NCBI GenBank assembly: GCA_950097015.1
Contig: CATNEN010000001.1
Coordinates: 9,734,001 to 9,798,000 of the forward strand
DNA length: 64,000 nucleotides
Origin: Macrostomum hystrix
Lineage: Eukaryota; Animalia; Platyhelminthes
Reading direction: 5' to 3'
The notes under the pieces were generated by a model that did no database searches, had not been told where the DNA came from, and saw only the letters and a program-made list of their open reading frames with translations. This document shows, piece after piece, positions 50,869 to 63,300 of the stretch (position 1 is the stretch's first letter; every line of letters begins with the position of its first letter). The position numbers and the translations under genes were made by a program.

Positions 50869-51676
50869 ATGTAAGTAAAGGAGAAAGACTTAAATGCTGT
50901 CTCGAGTGCGGTGAATCTTTTTAATCTCTGAAGTCTTTGTAAGCCGAACTTCTATCACTCTTCAGGAAGTTGATCAGCGCCCTGATGGTCCTGGCTTTGT
51001 GCGCCGCTGTTAGCCACCAGCAGACTCTGCCCAATATCCCGGAGAAGTTCTTCCACTGCATCTGCATGGCCGCGTCCTTCTGCAACAAGGATGTCGGCTG
51101 CGATCCTGATCCCTACTCGTGCGGCCCCTACCAGATCACTGAGGCCTTCTGGATTGACGCCTCCGAGTTTGCTGGACGTCGACTTGGCGGAGGTGAAAAT
51201 TTCTTAATTGTTTATCGTTTATTTAGGAGTCGTTTAAGGTAAAGACCACTGAAGCACAGCTTAAGTAACATTTGAGAGCCTCGTTGGTTAACCATGAACG
51301 ACAGTTCTGCCCATTTTACTAGCTAAATCGAACACAATCGCACAATACACAATAAATGATTCCAGACTGGAAGTCTTGCACCACCGGTAGTGACAACGAC
51401 GCCTGCTCTCGCCAGACAATGACCAACTATTTCTCCAGGTACGGCAAATACTGCACCGGCGGCAGGACTCCGACTCTTGAGGTGAATCTTCGCTTTATTT
51501 GACTTTCGTCTTTAAGCAGCTAAGCTGAGACGAACCAAGAATTGCAGCTAAATTTTTGAACCGATCTTCCATCTTTGAAGGACTACGCCAGGATGCACTA
51601 CGGTGGTCCGCTGGGCTGCAGGAAGTCCAGCACCTTGGACTACTGGCAAAAGGTTAAGAGCTGCCTGGATGAATAA
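50869..51676 (+). CDS. i-type lysozyme-like 2, ~146 aa, catalytic Glu replaced by Ala
   Basis: Exons 50869..50870, 50966..51192, 51366..51481, 51581..51676; TATATAA at ~50764. CICMAASFC, SCGPYQI, DYARMHYGGPLGC. Confidence 0.88.
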
Positions 51677-52683
51677 ACTTGAGACCCTCCAAACTGAATC
51701 TAAATGGACTGGGCATACCAACCAAATAGCCTGACTCAATTTTGGTTTTCTGTCTTGTGATCACAAAAAAATTTCAAATGGATTCAAATACACACTTGCT
51801 TCTACTCGACCGTATTTTAAACTTTAATTTCTCATTTGAATTCGAAGCAATTGTTTTTTGCTTGTAAATGTAAGTACTAAAGAATTTCTTTTAGACAAGA
51901 TATAGAGAGAGGAGACAAGCCCACATCAGTTTATTTACAAGTGACACTGTACTCTCAAATGAATATGCACTTGCTGAAGTGAAAAAGGCTTCTCTAAATT
52001 GGCATACTTTTTCCAGCAACTGTGTGAATGACACCTAAAAGAGTCGAACATTTTCAGTATTTAAAATGAGCCCATGCTAAAATTCGGACTGTTAATCAAG
52101 TTCTAGAATCCGGCAAGAGTTTTTCTTGCTCAGAATATAAAGTACTTGTCATCGCCTCGGCCACCACCGCGATAGCCTCCGCCTTCACGACGACGCTCTC
52201 GCTCTCTGTCCTTGCCACCATGGCCGCGTCGCTCGCCGGAGCGGCGGTCACCGCCTTTGTGATGAGGGCCCTTACCGCGTCCTTTAGCAGCTGTGGGTAT
52301 GCCCTGGATGCACATACTCTGGTGATGGTAACCTGCAAAACTCTGGACGGTGGCCAAACTTGTTGCTATGACAAGTGTTCTATGCAACACCCCCTGGCAT
52401 TCTCGATATATTTAAATTTTCGTGCCCGACCCCCTGTACCACTTCTACAAAGTGCCTTAAGCAGAGTTTTCGAGCTTTATCGATCTATTGAAAAATGTGT
52501 CGAACGTCAGTCATATCAGACTGGATGAGTTATGCACTTTGGGGTAAAATTTCTTTACTCTGGCTTGTCTATGGTGAAAATGACGTCCTTCATTTGGCAG
52601 ATGCCACGTCATGAAAGGGCGAGCATTTGTGAGCACCTGGGTTTTCAAAGTTTTCGCTGAAGTTTTACACTCTTTTTTCCAAG

Positions 52684-53750
52684 ATGAGCTCAGTGCACAG
52701 CATCGAGAGACAACGCAGCCAGATTTTTGCACTGTGGACTGCAGGCTGGAATGCCAGTTGGATTGCTGACCATCTTCAAGAGCAACATGGAGACAGTGGT
52801 CTTAAACTGAGGGCCATTTATGGCTGGATTGAACGCTTCAAGAGTGGCCAGCTGACCAGCAGCGCAGTGGGCGGCCGCAATCGCCTGCAAACAAACTCCT
52901 TGGTCAACAAATTCAAGAATTGCTTGAAGCTGATGCCAGACTGACAGTCCGCGAGATCGCAGACATGCTCGGCAGCCAAAAGTCCACAGTTCATCGCACG
53001 ATGGCAGAGCAGTTGGAGCTGTCGAAGATCTCTGCCCGCTGGGTGCCGCGTCTCCTCACGCCCGACCTCAAAGCTCTCCGATTGGAGATTTCAGCATCCA
53101 ACCACAGGTTTGTTCAGGAGCAAGGTGGCTGGGATGATGTCCGCAATCTGGTCATCTCTGGGGACGAAACATGGATCCAATTTTTCGACCCTGAGACGAA
53201 GGAAGAAAGCCGTGTTTGGGGCGAAAAAGGGATCTCAACCTCCTGTGAAGGCTCACGGCGACAAGCACTCCAAGAAAATCATGATGAAGATTTTCTTCGA
53301 TCGATCTGGCCCCCTCACAGTCGAGTTCTTGGAAGAAGGGCAGACGATTAACGCTGACCGCTATTGCGCCACAGTACAGAAACTCAAGGCTGATATCCAG
53401 AACAAGCGTCGGTCAGGTGAGAAGCCGTACCGTCTCGGCCATGACAATGCACGCTCCCCCACACGGCCAAGAAGACAGTGGAGACGATTGAGCAGGCCAA
53501 CTTCGAGTTGCTCTCACACCCACCCTATTCTCCGGATTTGCCACCAGCTGATTTCGCGATCTTTCCAAAAATGAAGAAGCTTCTGCGTGGACGAATCTTT
53601 GCTTGTCGTGGGGATCTCGAGGCTTTGACTCGCCAAGTTCTCCTTCATGAGATGTCACGCTTAGATTTTGCCGATGCCATCGACGACATGCACACCCGAT
53701 GGCAAAAGTGTGTGCAGCGTGGTGGGGTCTATGTAGAGAAGCCCCAGGAC
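52684..53750 (+). mobile_element. Mariner (DD34D-type) transposase pseudogene
   Basis: HTH region, WVPRLL, GDETW, HDNAR, YSPDLPPAD, RWQKCV..GGVYVE across four frames (frameshifts). Confidence 0.92.
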
Positions 53751-54500
53751 AGTTCTTTTTTCAGTTTTTTTAGTGTTACCGGGGGTGTAGTATCGGGGGT
53801 GGGGGACTAAAAGTAAAATATCTCGAGAATTACAGTCCAAGCAGGGCTTTGCGAAGGGCAGTGGAGGGACAAGGAACAGCAGCGCGAGACTGCCGACAAT
53901 CGGCGGTATTGATCCACCTGTCCTTGTGCTTTGAGGCCACCCACTGGTTAATCCGAGTGTTGACGACGGCGGTAGGGGTGGAGACCGCAGGCACGGTTCC
54001 AAAAAGCGAAGCCGTCGAACCAGCCTTGGCGAGGCTGTCGGCCAATTCGTTACCGGGGTGGCCAGAGTGCCCTGGAATCCACCTTAGGGACACTTTGTTG
54101 TGGGTCCCTAAACGGTTGAGTTGCGCGACGCAGTCGAGGACTGTGCGCGAGCAGGTGTGCGTGCGTCCAAGGGCATGGATCGCCGCCTGGCTGTCCGAGT
54201 GGAGGAAAATTTCTGCTCCGTGGGCATTTTGATTGATCAGTTCCAGGGCGCAGGAGCTGATGGCGAGAACTTCGTTCTAGAAAATCGTAGAGTTTATGCC
54301 GGTGTGCTGGGAGAAGGTCGCCACAGATTTCCCTCCGGACATAATGCAGTAGCCGAAACCAGAGACCGAATTGATTTGCGAACCGTCGGTGAAGCAGTGA
54401 ATCTCACGGGGTTGGCCGTGGTCACGCACTTCCTGGCGAGGCGGAATGCTGGTTGTGAATTTGAGCGGTGGGCACAGCGTCAACGGAATTCCGTCTGAGA
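53751..54500 (-). mobile_element. 5'-truncated non-LTR retrotransposon with RNase H domain (I/Loa/R1-group-like)
   Basis: [39 protein letters not shown]; A-rich tail at 53751-53772 abutting the mariner C-terminus. Confidence 0.85.
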
Positions 54501-54579
54501 GAATTTTGAGGCTTCCTGCAGCAAACCCCTTTAGTCCCTAACGATGCATTTCGCTTGACCCTTGATCATTCCCGTACAC

Positions 54580-54825
54580 ATGGGTTACAAACGCAGGCCC
54601 ACACTCATACAGGCGTGTACATCTGCCCTGACTTTCTCTTCTTCAGGCAGTGTACATTATCACTGCGCCTTGGAGGTTTGCCCTTAAGGGCGAAAATTGC
54701 ACGACAAGCCCCCCAAGCCTTCTCTCCGCGGCTGCGCCCCAAATAAAAAAGGCCTCGCCGCGGAATCGAGCTCAGGGACCTTGGTGCGAGAGGCAAATGC
54801 GTTAACCGGTCTGCCACTGAACTCC
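54580..54825 (-). mobile_element. tRNA-derived SINE (family A), 3'-truncated
   Basis: Reverse copy of head and body. Confidence 0.82.
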
Positions 54826-55774
54826 CAACAACGTCCCATACATCACATAGTAAAATACTGGTACTTACGCTGTAACATTCCTACAGTGCTGGAAATTTAG
54901 GGTTCTGTTTCAGGAATGAATAAAGAACATGTGCGAGAGCAGCATGCGCTTTTGGTAAAAGCTTGGCGAGAGTCAAATTAGCATCCAGATAATTCCAGTT
55001 CTTTTTCATTGAATGTGCATTTCAATAAATTTTGGTCTGAATTACACTGAAATTTGCTCTCTCAAGTTATGCAGTTTTGTACTTTAAAATAAAACTGGCG
55101 GTTTGAGAGGCCAGTCTTCAACGACTATGCTGACTGGTTTAGCTGACTGGAACCAGGGCGCTTCTGCTCTCTGCTGTGCAAGCAAGCTGTGGTCTTGGCC
55201 ACTTTCATTCAGTAGAAAAACAGAAACAGTATCCGTATGGGAGGTACAAATTAGTATAGGCTGATTAGGAGGAGGGCTCCGGGGCGAGCGACGGCGCGGC
55301 GACAGCAACTGATGGCAGAGCGACAGCGATCAAGGACAACGATGAAGAGACCACCCCAACTGCAAGCACCAAACTTTAACGAACCGCAAGCAGACTTTCA
55401 GCCCGACCATGAGGGACGATAAGAAGAAACTCAAGTGGCCGAGCCAGGGGCCTGCCGAGATTAGAAACTGTTCACGCGGAGGAGGCGGCGCGGGCAGGCT
55501 GTGGTCTGCCCTTCAATGCAGGCAGTGAGGCGACGGAGGACGAGAGTGAAGCAAGCAGAAGATAAAGTCTACACTAATACATGCGACTAAATTAATTCAT
55601 ACTAGTATAGGACTTTGCAACAACAATAATACATTAATTCAATAGGCAATTTTCTGATTGCCAATCTACGAGTAGAATGAAAATGCTGACAGAAAAAAGG
55701 TATAAATAAAAGAGACAACCAAACTTGAAAGAATAACTTTACACTGTAACAGGACAAGAGCTCATTAAGAAATC

Positions 55775-56607
55775 ATGTAAGTAATGGAGAGAGAGTTCAA
55801 TGCTGTCTCGAGTGCGGTGAATCTTTTTAATCTCTGAAGTCTTTGTAAGCCGAATTTCTATCACTCTTCAGGAAGTTGATCAGCGCCCTGATGGTCCTGG
55901 CTTTGTGTGCCGCTGTTAGCCACCAGCGGACTCTGCCCAATATCCCAGAGAAGTTCTTCCACTGCATCTGCATGGCCGCGTCCTTCTGCAACAAGGATAT
56001 CGGCTGCTATCCCTATCGCTACTCGTGCGGCCCCTACCAGATCACTGAGGCCTTCTGGATTGACGCCTCCGAGTTTGCTGGACATCGACTTGGCGGAGGT
56101 GAAAATTTCTTATTTATCGTTTGTTTATGAGACGTTTAAGGTAAAGACCACTGAAGCACAGCTTAAGTAACATTTGAGAGCATCGTTGTTATACGATGAA
56201 GGACAGTTCTACTAGATAAATCGAACACAATCACACCCACAAACATCAAATAAATGGCATCAGTCAATTAATCAACATTTTAATAAATGATTCCAGACTG
56301 GAAGTCTTGCACCACCGGTAGTGACAACGATGCCTGCTCTCGCCAGACAATGACCAGCTATTTCTCCAGGTACGGCAAATACTGCACCCGCGGCAGGACT
56401 CCGACTCTTGAGGTGAATCTTCACTTAATTTGACTTTCGTCTTTAAGCAGCTAAGCTGAGACGAACCAAGAATTGCAGCTAAATTTTTGAACCGATCTTC
56501 CATCTTTGTAGGACTACGCCAGGATGCACTACGGTGGCCCGCTGGGCTGCAGGAAGTCCAGAACCTTGAACTACTGGCAGAAGGTTAAGAGCTGCCTGGA
56601 TGAATAA
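55775..56607 (+). CDS. i-type lysozyme-like 3, ~146 aa, both muramidase acidic residues lost
   Basis: Exons 55775..55776, 55872..56098, 56297..56412, 56512..56607; recent duplicate of lysozyme-like 2 including introns and 3' flank; TATAAATA at ~55701. CICMAASFC..IGCYPYRYSCGPYQI. Confidence 0.88.
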
Positions 56608-56808
56608 ACTTGAGACCCTCCAAACTGAATCTAAACGGACTGGGCATACCAACCAAATAGCCTGACTCAATTTTGGTTTTCTGTCTTCTGATCACAAAAA
56701 ATTGCAAATGGATTCAAATACACACTTGCTTCTACTCGACCGTATTTTGAACTTTAATTTCTCATTTGAATTCGAAGCAATTGTTATTTGCTTGTAAGTA
56801 CTAAAGAA

Positions 56809-59800
56809 TGTGATATGAGCCCAACTCTATTTATTCTCATTTATCGGTTGTTGTCCTCAATCGTTTACTGCTGTTTATTAGGATTTTGTCTATGCTCCAA
56901 ACACTCTTGATGACATTGTAAAACCTTGTTCTTAAGCTCTAAGTAACGTTAATAAAAACGCTCACTATGCTTAACTAGCATCGCTTGATTAACACGCAAC
57001 AATGGCGTCGTCGTTTGGCGAAGTGACGTTGGAGAAGCCCGATCGTGCTCAAACCTGGCTACTTGCCTTTGAAGCACTGTCCCGAGCGAAAGGATGGACG
57101 GATAGAGAGGGACAGAAAGGCATTGCTGACAACTTCATGGCGTGCTGTGGACTTTTAGCCCTGGAGAAGCTTCAGAGCATAGTCGCTCCTAGATCAGTGA
57201 CCGAACTTACTTTCCACGAGATTAACACTGCCTTGCAGGGCTACCTGAAGCCGAAAGAAAAGCTAGTCATCGCTGAACGCGTTCGCTTCTTTGCGTGCGA
57301 CAAGCACCCTCTGAGTCGATTTGTGATTTCGTCACCAGGCTTCGTCTTGCCGCAAAGGACTGTAAGTTCGACGCTTTAAAGACATCCGAGAGTCCTCTCG
57401 AGGAATTGCTTCAAATGGCACTAATATCTGGTCTCCGTGGCACAAAAAAGCAGCAGCGACTTTTAGAAGCCACTCAGATCAGGTCATTCAAAACTATTTC
57501 CGAGATAGTGGACTTTGTCCGCGACCCAGAGCAGGTGGAAGCTTTTGTTTCCACGAAACTGCAAGACGATTACCAAAACCATTCCCCAAACCAGATGCAG
57601 GAAGCGACCGTGTATTTTTCACAACGAAACAGCGGACATCATACCGGCAAGGACTGCTGCCACTGCGGAAAGTCACATTTTGACGGAAAATGCCCGGCTT
57701 TTGGCAAATCATGCTCAAAATGTGGCAAGAAAAATCACTTTGCTACGTGGCCGTCTGCATCCAGCAGAACTCATTGTGGTTAGTTCAAAGAAACCATACG
57801 GCTTGCTTGGTGGCGATCTGCTGGATGCCGAAGATCTGTTTCACACTTCGAATCTGCCTCCTGACAATTCCAAAACAGTAGAGCCTCTGCCTGCCATTAA
57901 GGGCGTAAAAGCACGCATGGAAGTTGTTGAAGGTGCCAAGCCTAGATTCTGCCGTGCTCGCCCCGTGCCTATTGCCATTGAGGGACAGATCAATGCCGAA
58001 CTCGACCGCTTGCAACAGTTGGGAGTAATTGAGCCTATTGAGGGACCCGTCAGCAATGCATCGCCTGTAGTGAGGGTCAAAAAGAAAGATGGTACATTGC
58101 GCATGTGTGCCGAACGAGAAAATCAAAGCCGACTCTCACCCAATCCCAAATGTCGAAGTCCTTTTCTCACGCTTGAAGAACGCGAAAGTCTTTGCCACTG
58201 TCGATCTCCGTTCTGCATATTGGCAAATCGAGCTTGACGAGGCGGCCAGAGACCTCTCTATCATCAACACATCGCGCGGACTCTACCGAGTTAACAAATG
58301 GGGATGAAAAACGCCTCATTCATCTTCCAAAGAACCATGGAGTCGATCTTGTCGGACATTAAAGGACTGTTGATTTATCAAGACGACATACTAGTGCACG
58401 CACCGGATGCTACTACGTTGGAAAAACGCCTTGCTGCGGTTCGCACTCGTCTCGTGGAAAAGCGGGTTACTATTAATCCAAGTGTACAAATTACAGTGAT
58501 TCGATCTCTTTTCATGGGTTCAAGATTTCTGCCGCCGTAATTCAGCCGGACGAACGACTGGTTGAAAAAGTCGGGCAAGTGTCTGCCCCAACGAACAAAT
58601 CGGAACTCGCGAGTTTCTTGGGACTGGTAAACTTTTTCGGGAGACTGATTCCCAACTTCGCCAAGAAGACCGCTCCCCTGAATCGGCTGCGCAAATCTAA
58701 TGTCGATTTCAATTGGACAGAGGAGTGCTCTCTAGCCTTCAGAAATCTTAAGGCCGAAATCGCCTCCGCACCAATAGTGCAACCCTATAGCCTATCAAAA
58801 GAACTGACGCTAACAACCGATGCCTCGAAAAGTTCAATCGCCGCAGTAGTTACTCAGGAGGGACATCCGGTAATATTTGTATCGAGAACGCTGTCATCGG
58901 CTAAATCGAATTACTCTAATATTGAACGAGAGGCTCTAGCCATCTTCTGGGCCGTCGCTCGATTAAAGCATTTCCTTCATGGTCGTCAGTTCACGATTCA
59001 CACGGACCATCAACCACTAACTCATCTGTTCCGAGGAGGCATTCCTCTAAATACATCAGCTAGAATCGGTCGCTGGGCCATGCATCTCATGCAGTTTGAC
59101 TTCAACATCGTATATGTGCGAGGCCGCGACATCCCACATGCCGACGCCCCGCCTCGGCTCCGCTTTGATAGCGTCTCATCGGACGACAAAGAAACATTTG
59201 ATGCCATCAACGCCGTGGCATTTGAATCACCTGTAATTGAAACCGGAAGGATTTTGGCCCAACTCGATGCAGACCCATTCATCCAGAAGATACTTGCCAG
59301 AGTACGCAGCGGCAACTGGCAAGGATGCCCGCAGGCCGAGTCAAGTTTCAAAGCGGTCTCCGAAACTCTGACACTGGAAAACGGACTTTTATATATGAAG
59401 AGAAGGGTCTACATTCCACCACGATTGGGCCACGCCGCCTTCGACGCAATCCATGATACTCATTCTGGAATCCAGGCCTCCTACAACCTGCTTTCAGCTT
59501 CTTGTTGGTGGCCTGGAATGCAACACGATGTGTCACAATTCGTGCAACGGTGTTCGGTATGTAGCCGCCTACGCCCGCGCCTCGGCCGCGACAGGGATCG
59601 CTGGCCCGCTCCAGATCATCCGTTCCAGCGTGTTCACATGGATTGGGCTCACGTCAAAGGAGCTGGCGACATACTCATCATCGTAGATGCCTACTCTGGG
59701 TGGATAGAAGCATTTCCCTGCATAAATTGTGGCCAGCACTGTCCAGCGTTGCCTCTCCGCCGTCTTTGCTCGTTTCGGTGTCCCGGAACTAGTTGTGTCA

Positions 59801-60419
59801 GACAACGCACATGGACTTCCCGTTCTACTTGCAAAAAGTCCTCATGCACCATCGGAATTCCTCAAGAAGTCGCGGCCGATGCCCCGCTGAGCTAGTCCTT
59901 GATAGACGCCTTCGTGTGCCTGTCGTCTCTCAGTTCGAGCAAGGAGATTATGTCGTCTATCAGCCGCACCAGGCAATACCGGGCAACCAAGTAACTAACC
60001 TAATGACTGCCGGACACAATACGGCATGGATTCTGGACAATGAGGAGCTTAGATTGACAAGCACCAACCAACTGGCACCAGCAGCATCGCAGCAAGCACC
60101 AATAGCGGACGAACAGGGAGCAGCCGACGATCCGCGTCAACATCAGACTCCAATGGCAATGACAGTCGGAGATGAGCAAACTCCAACAACCCATGAAGAG
60201 GAGGGCCCGGAGCAGCGAAGAATTAACACTCCAGTGCCGATCGATTTGTGCCGTAGTTAAATAGCATGTACCTCAACCTTTTGAACTTCAGTGCAATCCC
60301 CAGGTCATTTGAAACAAACCACCTAAAAGAACTACAACTCATTAATAGCGTTTGAACACTCGTTGTCTCTGCTCTCCTCCCCTCGAAGGAGACATGTTGT
60401 GATATGAGCCCAACTCTAT
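56809..60419 (+). mobile_element. Degenerate Ty3/Gypsy LTR retrotransposon (Mag-like)
   Basis: 5' LTR TGTGATATGAGCCC...GCAACA 56809-57001; TGGCG PBS-like at 57003; gag with two Cys/His knuckles; RT (LRMC, DLRSAYWQIEL, YQDD), RNase H (TTDAS, EREALA, TDHQPL), integrase (H..H..C..C, HMDWA); many frameshifts. The 3' LTR restarts at 60398 but matches for only 22 bp. Confidence 0.92.
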
Positions 60420-61075
60420 GTATCCCCCGTTCGGTGTGTGTAGCTTTTGTGTGCTACACTTTTTTGCTAGTTTTTGTTAGTCTATGGTTGTTGTCTCGAA
60501 TTTATCAGCCCGCGGGGCAGCGGGAAATAAATGATTTATTTACCTAGGGAAATAAATGAAAACATGCGTCACATAGACACTCGCCCGGGGCAAAAGGGGG
60601 ATACATAGTATATATTCCCCATTTATACCAGGGCTAGGGCAATAAATGCTTGAGTGCGTCGTTTATTGACCGAGGCGAAGCCGAGGTCAATAAGCGATGC
60701 ACGAGTGCATTTATTGCCATAGACACTGGAATAAGTGGGGAATATTATATGTATCCCTCAGTTGAATAGCATAAAGCTAAAAGCTAAAATGGCCATAGAC
60801 ACTAGCATTAAGGTACTGTACCGCTAAATGAAAGACGCGCTCGTAAAAAGAAGAAAGTCAGCGCGAGTGCTTGGCTTAGCTAGCTAGTTAAAATGGCTAC
60901 CGAAAGATTTGTCAATCTGACTGACGAAGAAGTCAGTTCACTCATCGAAGGAACGGTTCCAACAAACACGCTAAAGAAATGTCGCTGGATGTTTTCTGCT
61001 TTCCAAGAGTGGCATGCGGCGAAGAAAGTGCTCTGGTGTTCCGACGGTGGACCCTCGCTAATGGTACTGAAAGGT
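60416..61075 (+). mobile_element. Crypton-like (tyrosine recombinase) element fragment with terminal inverted repeat and long hairpin
   Basis: 13-bp perfect IR (60416-60428 / 60596-60608); ~140-bp hairpin centred on CGAGGCGAAGCCGAGG; ORF from 60893, MATERFVNLTDEEV...VPTNTLKKCRWMFSAFQEW, resembles the N-terminus of Crypton/KIAA1958/ZMYM (DUF3504-linked) proteins. Confidence 0.65.
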
Positions 61076-61104
61076 GCAGATCAGACACAATCAGACACTG
61101 TCAG

Positions 61105-61630
61105 AGTTACTCTCACAGTGGTAGGACACAATCAGAGTCACTCACACAGTGGTAGGACACAATCAGAGTCACTCTCACAGTGGTAGGACACAATCAGAGT
61201 CACTCTCACAGTGGTAGGACACAATCAGAGTCACTCACACAGTGGTAGGACACAATCAGAGTCACTCACACAGTGGTAGGACACAATCAGAGTCACTCAC
61301 ACAGTGGTAGGACACAATCAGAGTCACTCTCACAGTGGTAGGACACAATCAGAGTCACTCACACAGTGGTAGGACACAATCAGAGTCACTCACACAGTGG
61401 TAGGACACAATCAGAGTCACTCACACAGTGGTAGGACACAATCAGAGTCACTCTCACAGTGGTAGGACACAATCAGAGTCACTCTCACAGTGGTAGGACA
61501 CAATCAGAGTCACTCACACAGTGGTAGAGACACAATCAGAGTCAATCACACAGTGGTAGGACACAATCAGAGTCACTCACACAGTGGTAGGACACCACAA
61601 TCAGAGTGACTCTCACGTGGTAGAGACACT
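61105..61630. repeat. 31-bp minisatellite CACAGTGGTAGGACACAATCAGAGTCACTCA, ~16 copies
   Basis: Directly visible; interrupts the Crypton-like ORF. Confidence 0.93.
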
Positions 61631-62979
61631 ATCAAACCATAGTGTATAACGGTAAGTGTCTAAGTATCTAAACACATGGAGCTGAATAAACTGTCAAATG
61701 TGACGCTGCGTCTCAATTTAAATCGATACTCGAAAGACATTGTGCGCCGTGCGGAGATAAAAATTTGCTAGATAAAATACTAAACTGGCGCTGTACTATA
61801 CGCGAAAATCTAAGTAAATTTCCAAGCAGACTAAAGTGCAGTTAACTGCTAGATATTAGTGGCGAAATAGTTGGAGTTATTAGTGCTACACGATTCGAGT
61901 TAATGTATTATCAGCATTAGGTAGACCCCAGTATTAAATAAATATGGCGTTATTGGGCAAGAAAAAACGGTCTAGCTGTCAAAAACGTCAAATCTGATAT
62001 GAGCACTGAAGTACTAGTTTGATTTGCATGAGACCATGCACACAGTGGACTTATACGAGGCTATGATATCTACAAATGACAATTTGTAGTATTTCAAATA
62101 TCTACTATCTATTTCACGAATGCTCTCAAACCGATTAACCAATTTTCGCGAAAGTCCACTTTTTCGATCAAAACTTTGCACCCTTTATGATGAACCAACT
62201 TTCAAATCCGTCCGAGTCAGCATTGCCGAGATGTTCAGCAAATCTTGTCGAAGACCCTGGTGACAAGGACAAATAGCATTGATCTGCAGTGTAAAAACAT
62301 TGGTTTAAATATTCCTCATTGGGTTAATGATATAAAAATGAACAATATAATCAATGCAATATAATCAACAATAATAGCCGACATGGTTACTATGGTTACA
62401 TGAATAAATTTTGTGAGCAGAAAAATTATGCCTATATTGGTGGTTTTTGTCACCAGACACCCCGACAAAGTCGTTGAATATTACGACGATTTCGATGTTT
62501 TGTGATCCTCGAAGTTTTTCATCGGATAGAGCGGATATTTGAAATAACCACACGTGCTCTCTTTACTGCTAAGGAAATAAGGAGAACTGAGTCGCTTGTG
62601 ACAAGGAACCCGAGATGACTGTGGACATGGCGTTGGTTTGTGGGCAAATAATGCACCAATTGAGCCGATAATAGCTTTTTAATAGCATGGTATTTGCTTT
62701 GAAATGACCAAGTCCTCTTTGATCAAGGTCTAGGCCCTCGCAAGCCAAGTATTTTTAACAGTCCCATGTGACAGCAAACAGCTACTCGCTCCTCTCGCTG
62801 CTTGCGTCACAGCTGAAGCCGCCGCAGAACACCTCCTCCACCGGCTGCCCTGGAGACTGGCTTTGCCACCGCTGCATCCGCTGGCTCCTCCTTCGTCGAA
62901 GACCCCAGACAAAGCCGTCGCCTCCGGTGCTGCTGTTGCTGCTGTTGATGATGTTGTTAGCAGGGGCGCTGAGTGATGC

Positions 62980-63300
62980 TCAGCCCAGGATGTCACTGGA
63001 GAGCTCGAGCGCGCTGTAAACGAGGGCCATACCTGCTGTTCTAGGAAATGAGCTGGCACGAGCTTCGGTCTTCCCGAGGCCCTCCGCGGCTCTTTTAGCC
63101 AGGTCGTCGATTATCTCGTTGCCTTTCAGGTCGCAATGACCTGTCGCAATGATCCGCCGAACTGTGATCTGACCCGGAACGGTGTGGTCGAGCGCCTGGA
63201 AGTGCGGGCGCCGGCTGGTCAGGACGGTTGAGTAGCGCTTGGCTGTCCGAGCAAATGAGGAAAGGGGCCGGTATTCTGGTGATCTCTGGCCCAATGCGCC
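62980..63300 (-). mobile_element. Degenerate non-LTR RNase H fragment
   Basis: ITVRRIIATGHCDLKGNEIIDDLAKRAA resembles the W.pGH..i.GNE.AD.LAK motif. Confidence 0.55.

Noticed and set aside
52315-54577. Mariner terminal inverted repeats
   Set aside because: Candidate TA-flanked ends do not match each other convincingly, so element limits were not called.
55252-55611. GC-rich coding-like patch flanked by TAGTATAGG direct repeats
   Set aside because: Stops interrupt the frames I read and there is no identifiable homology; the 9-bp repeat may be chance.
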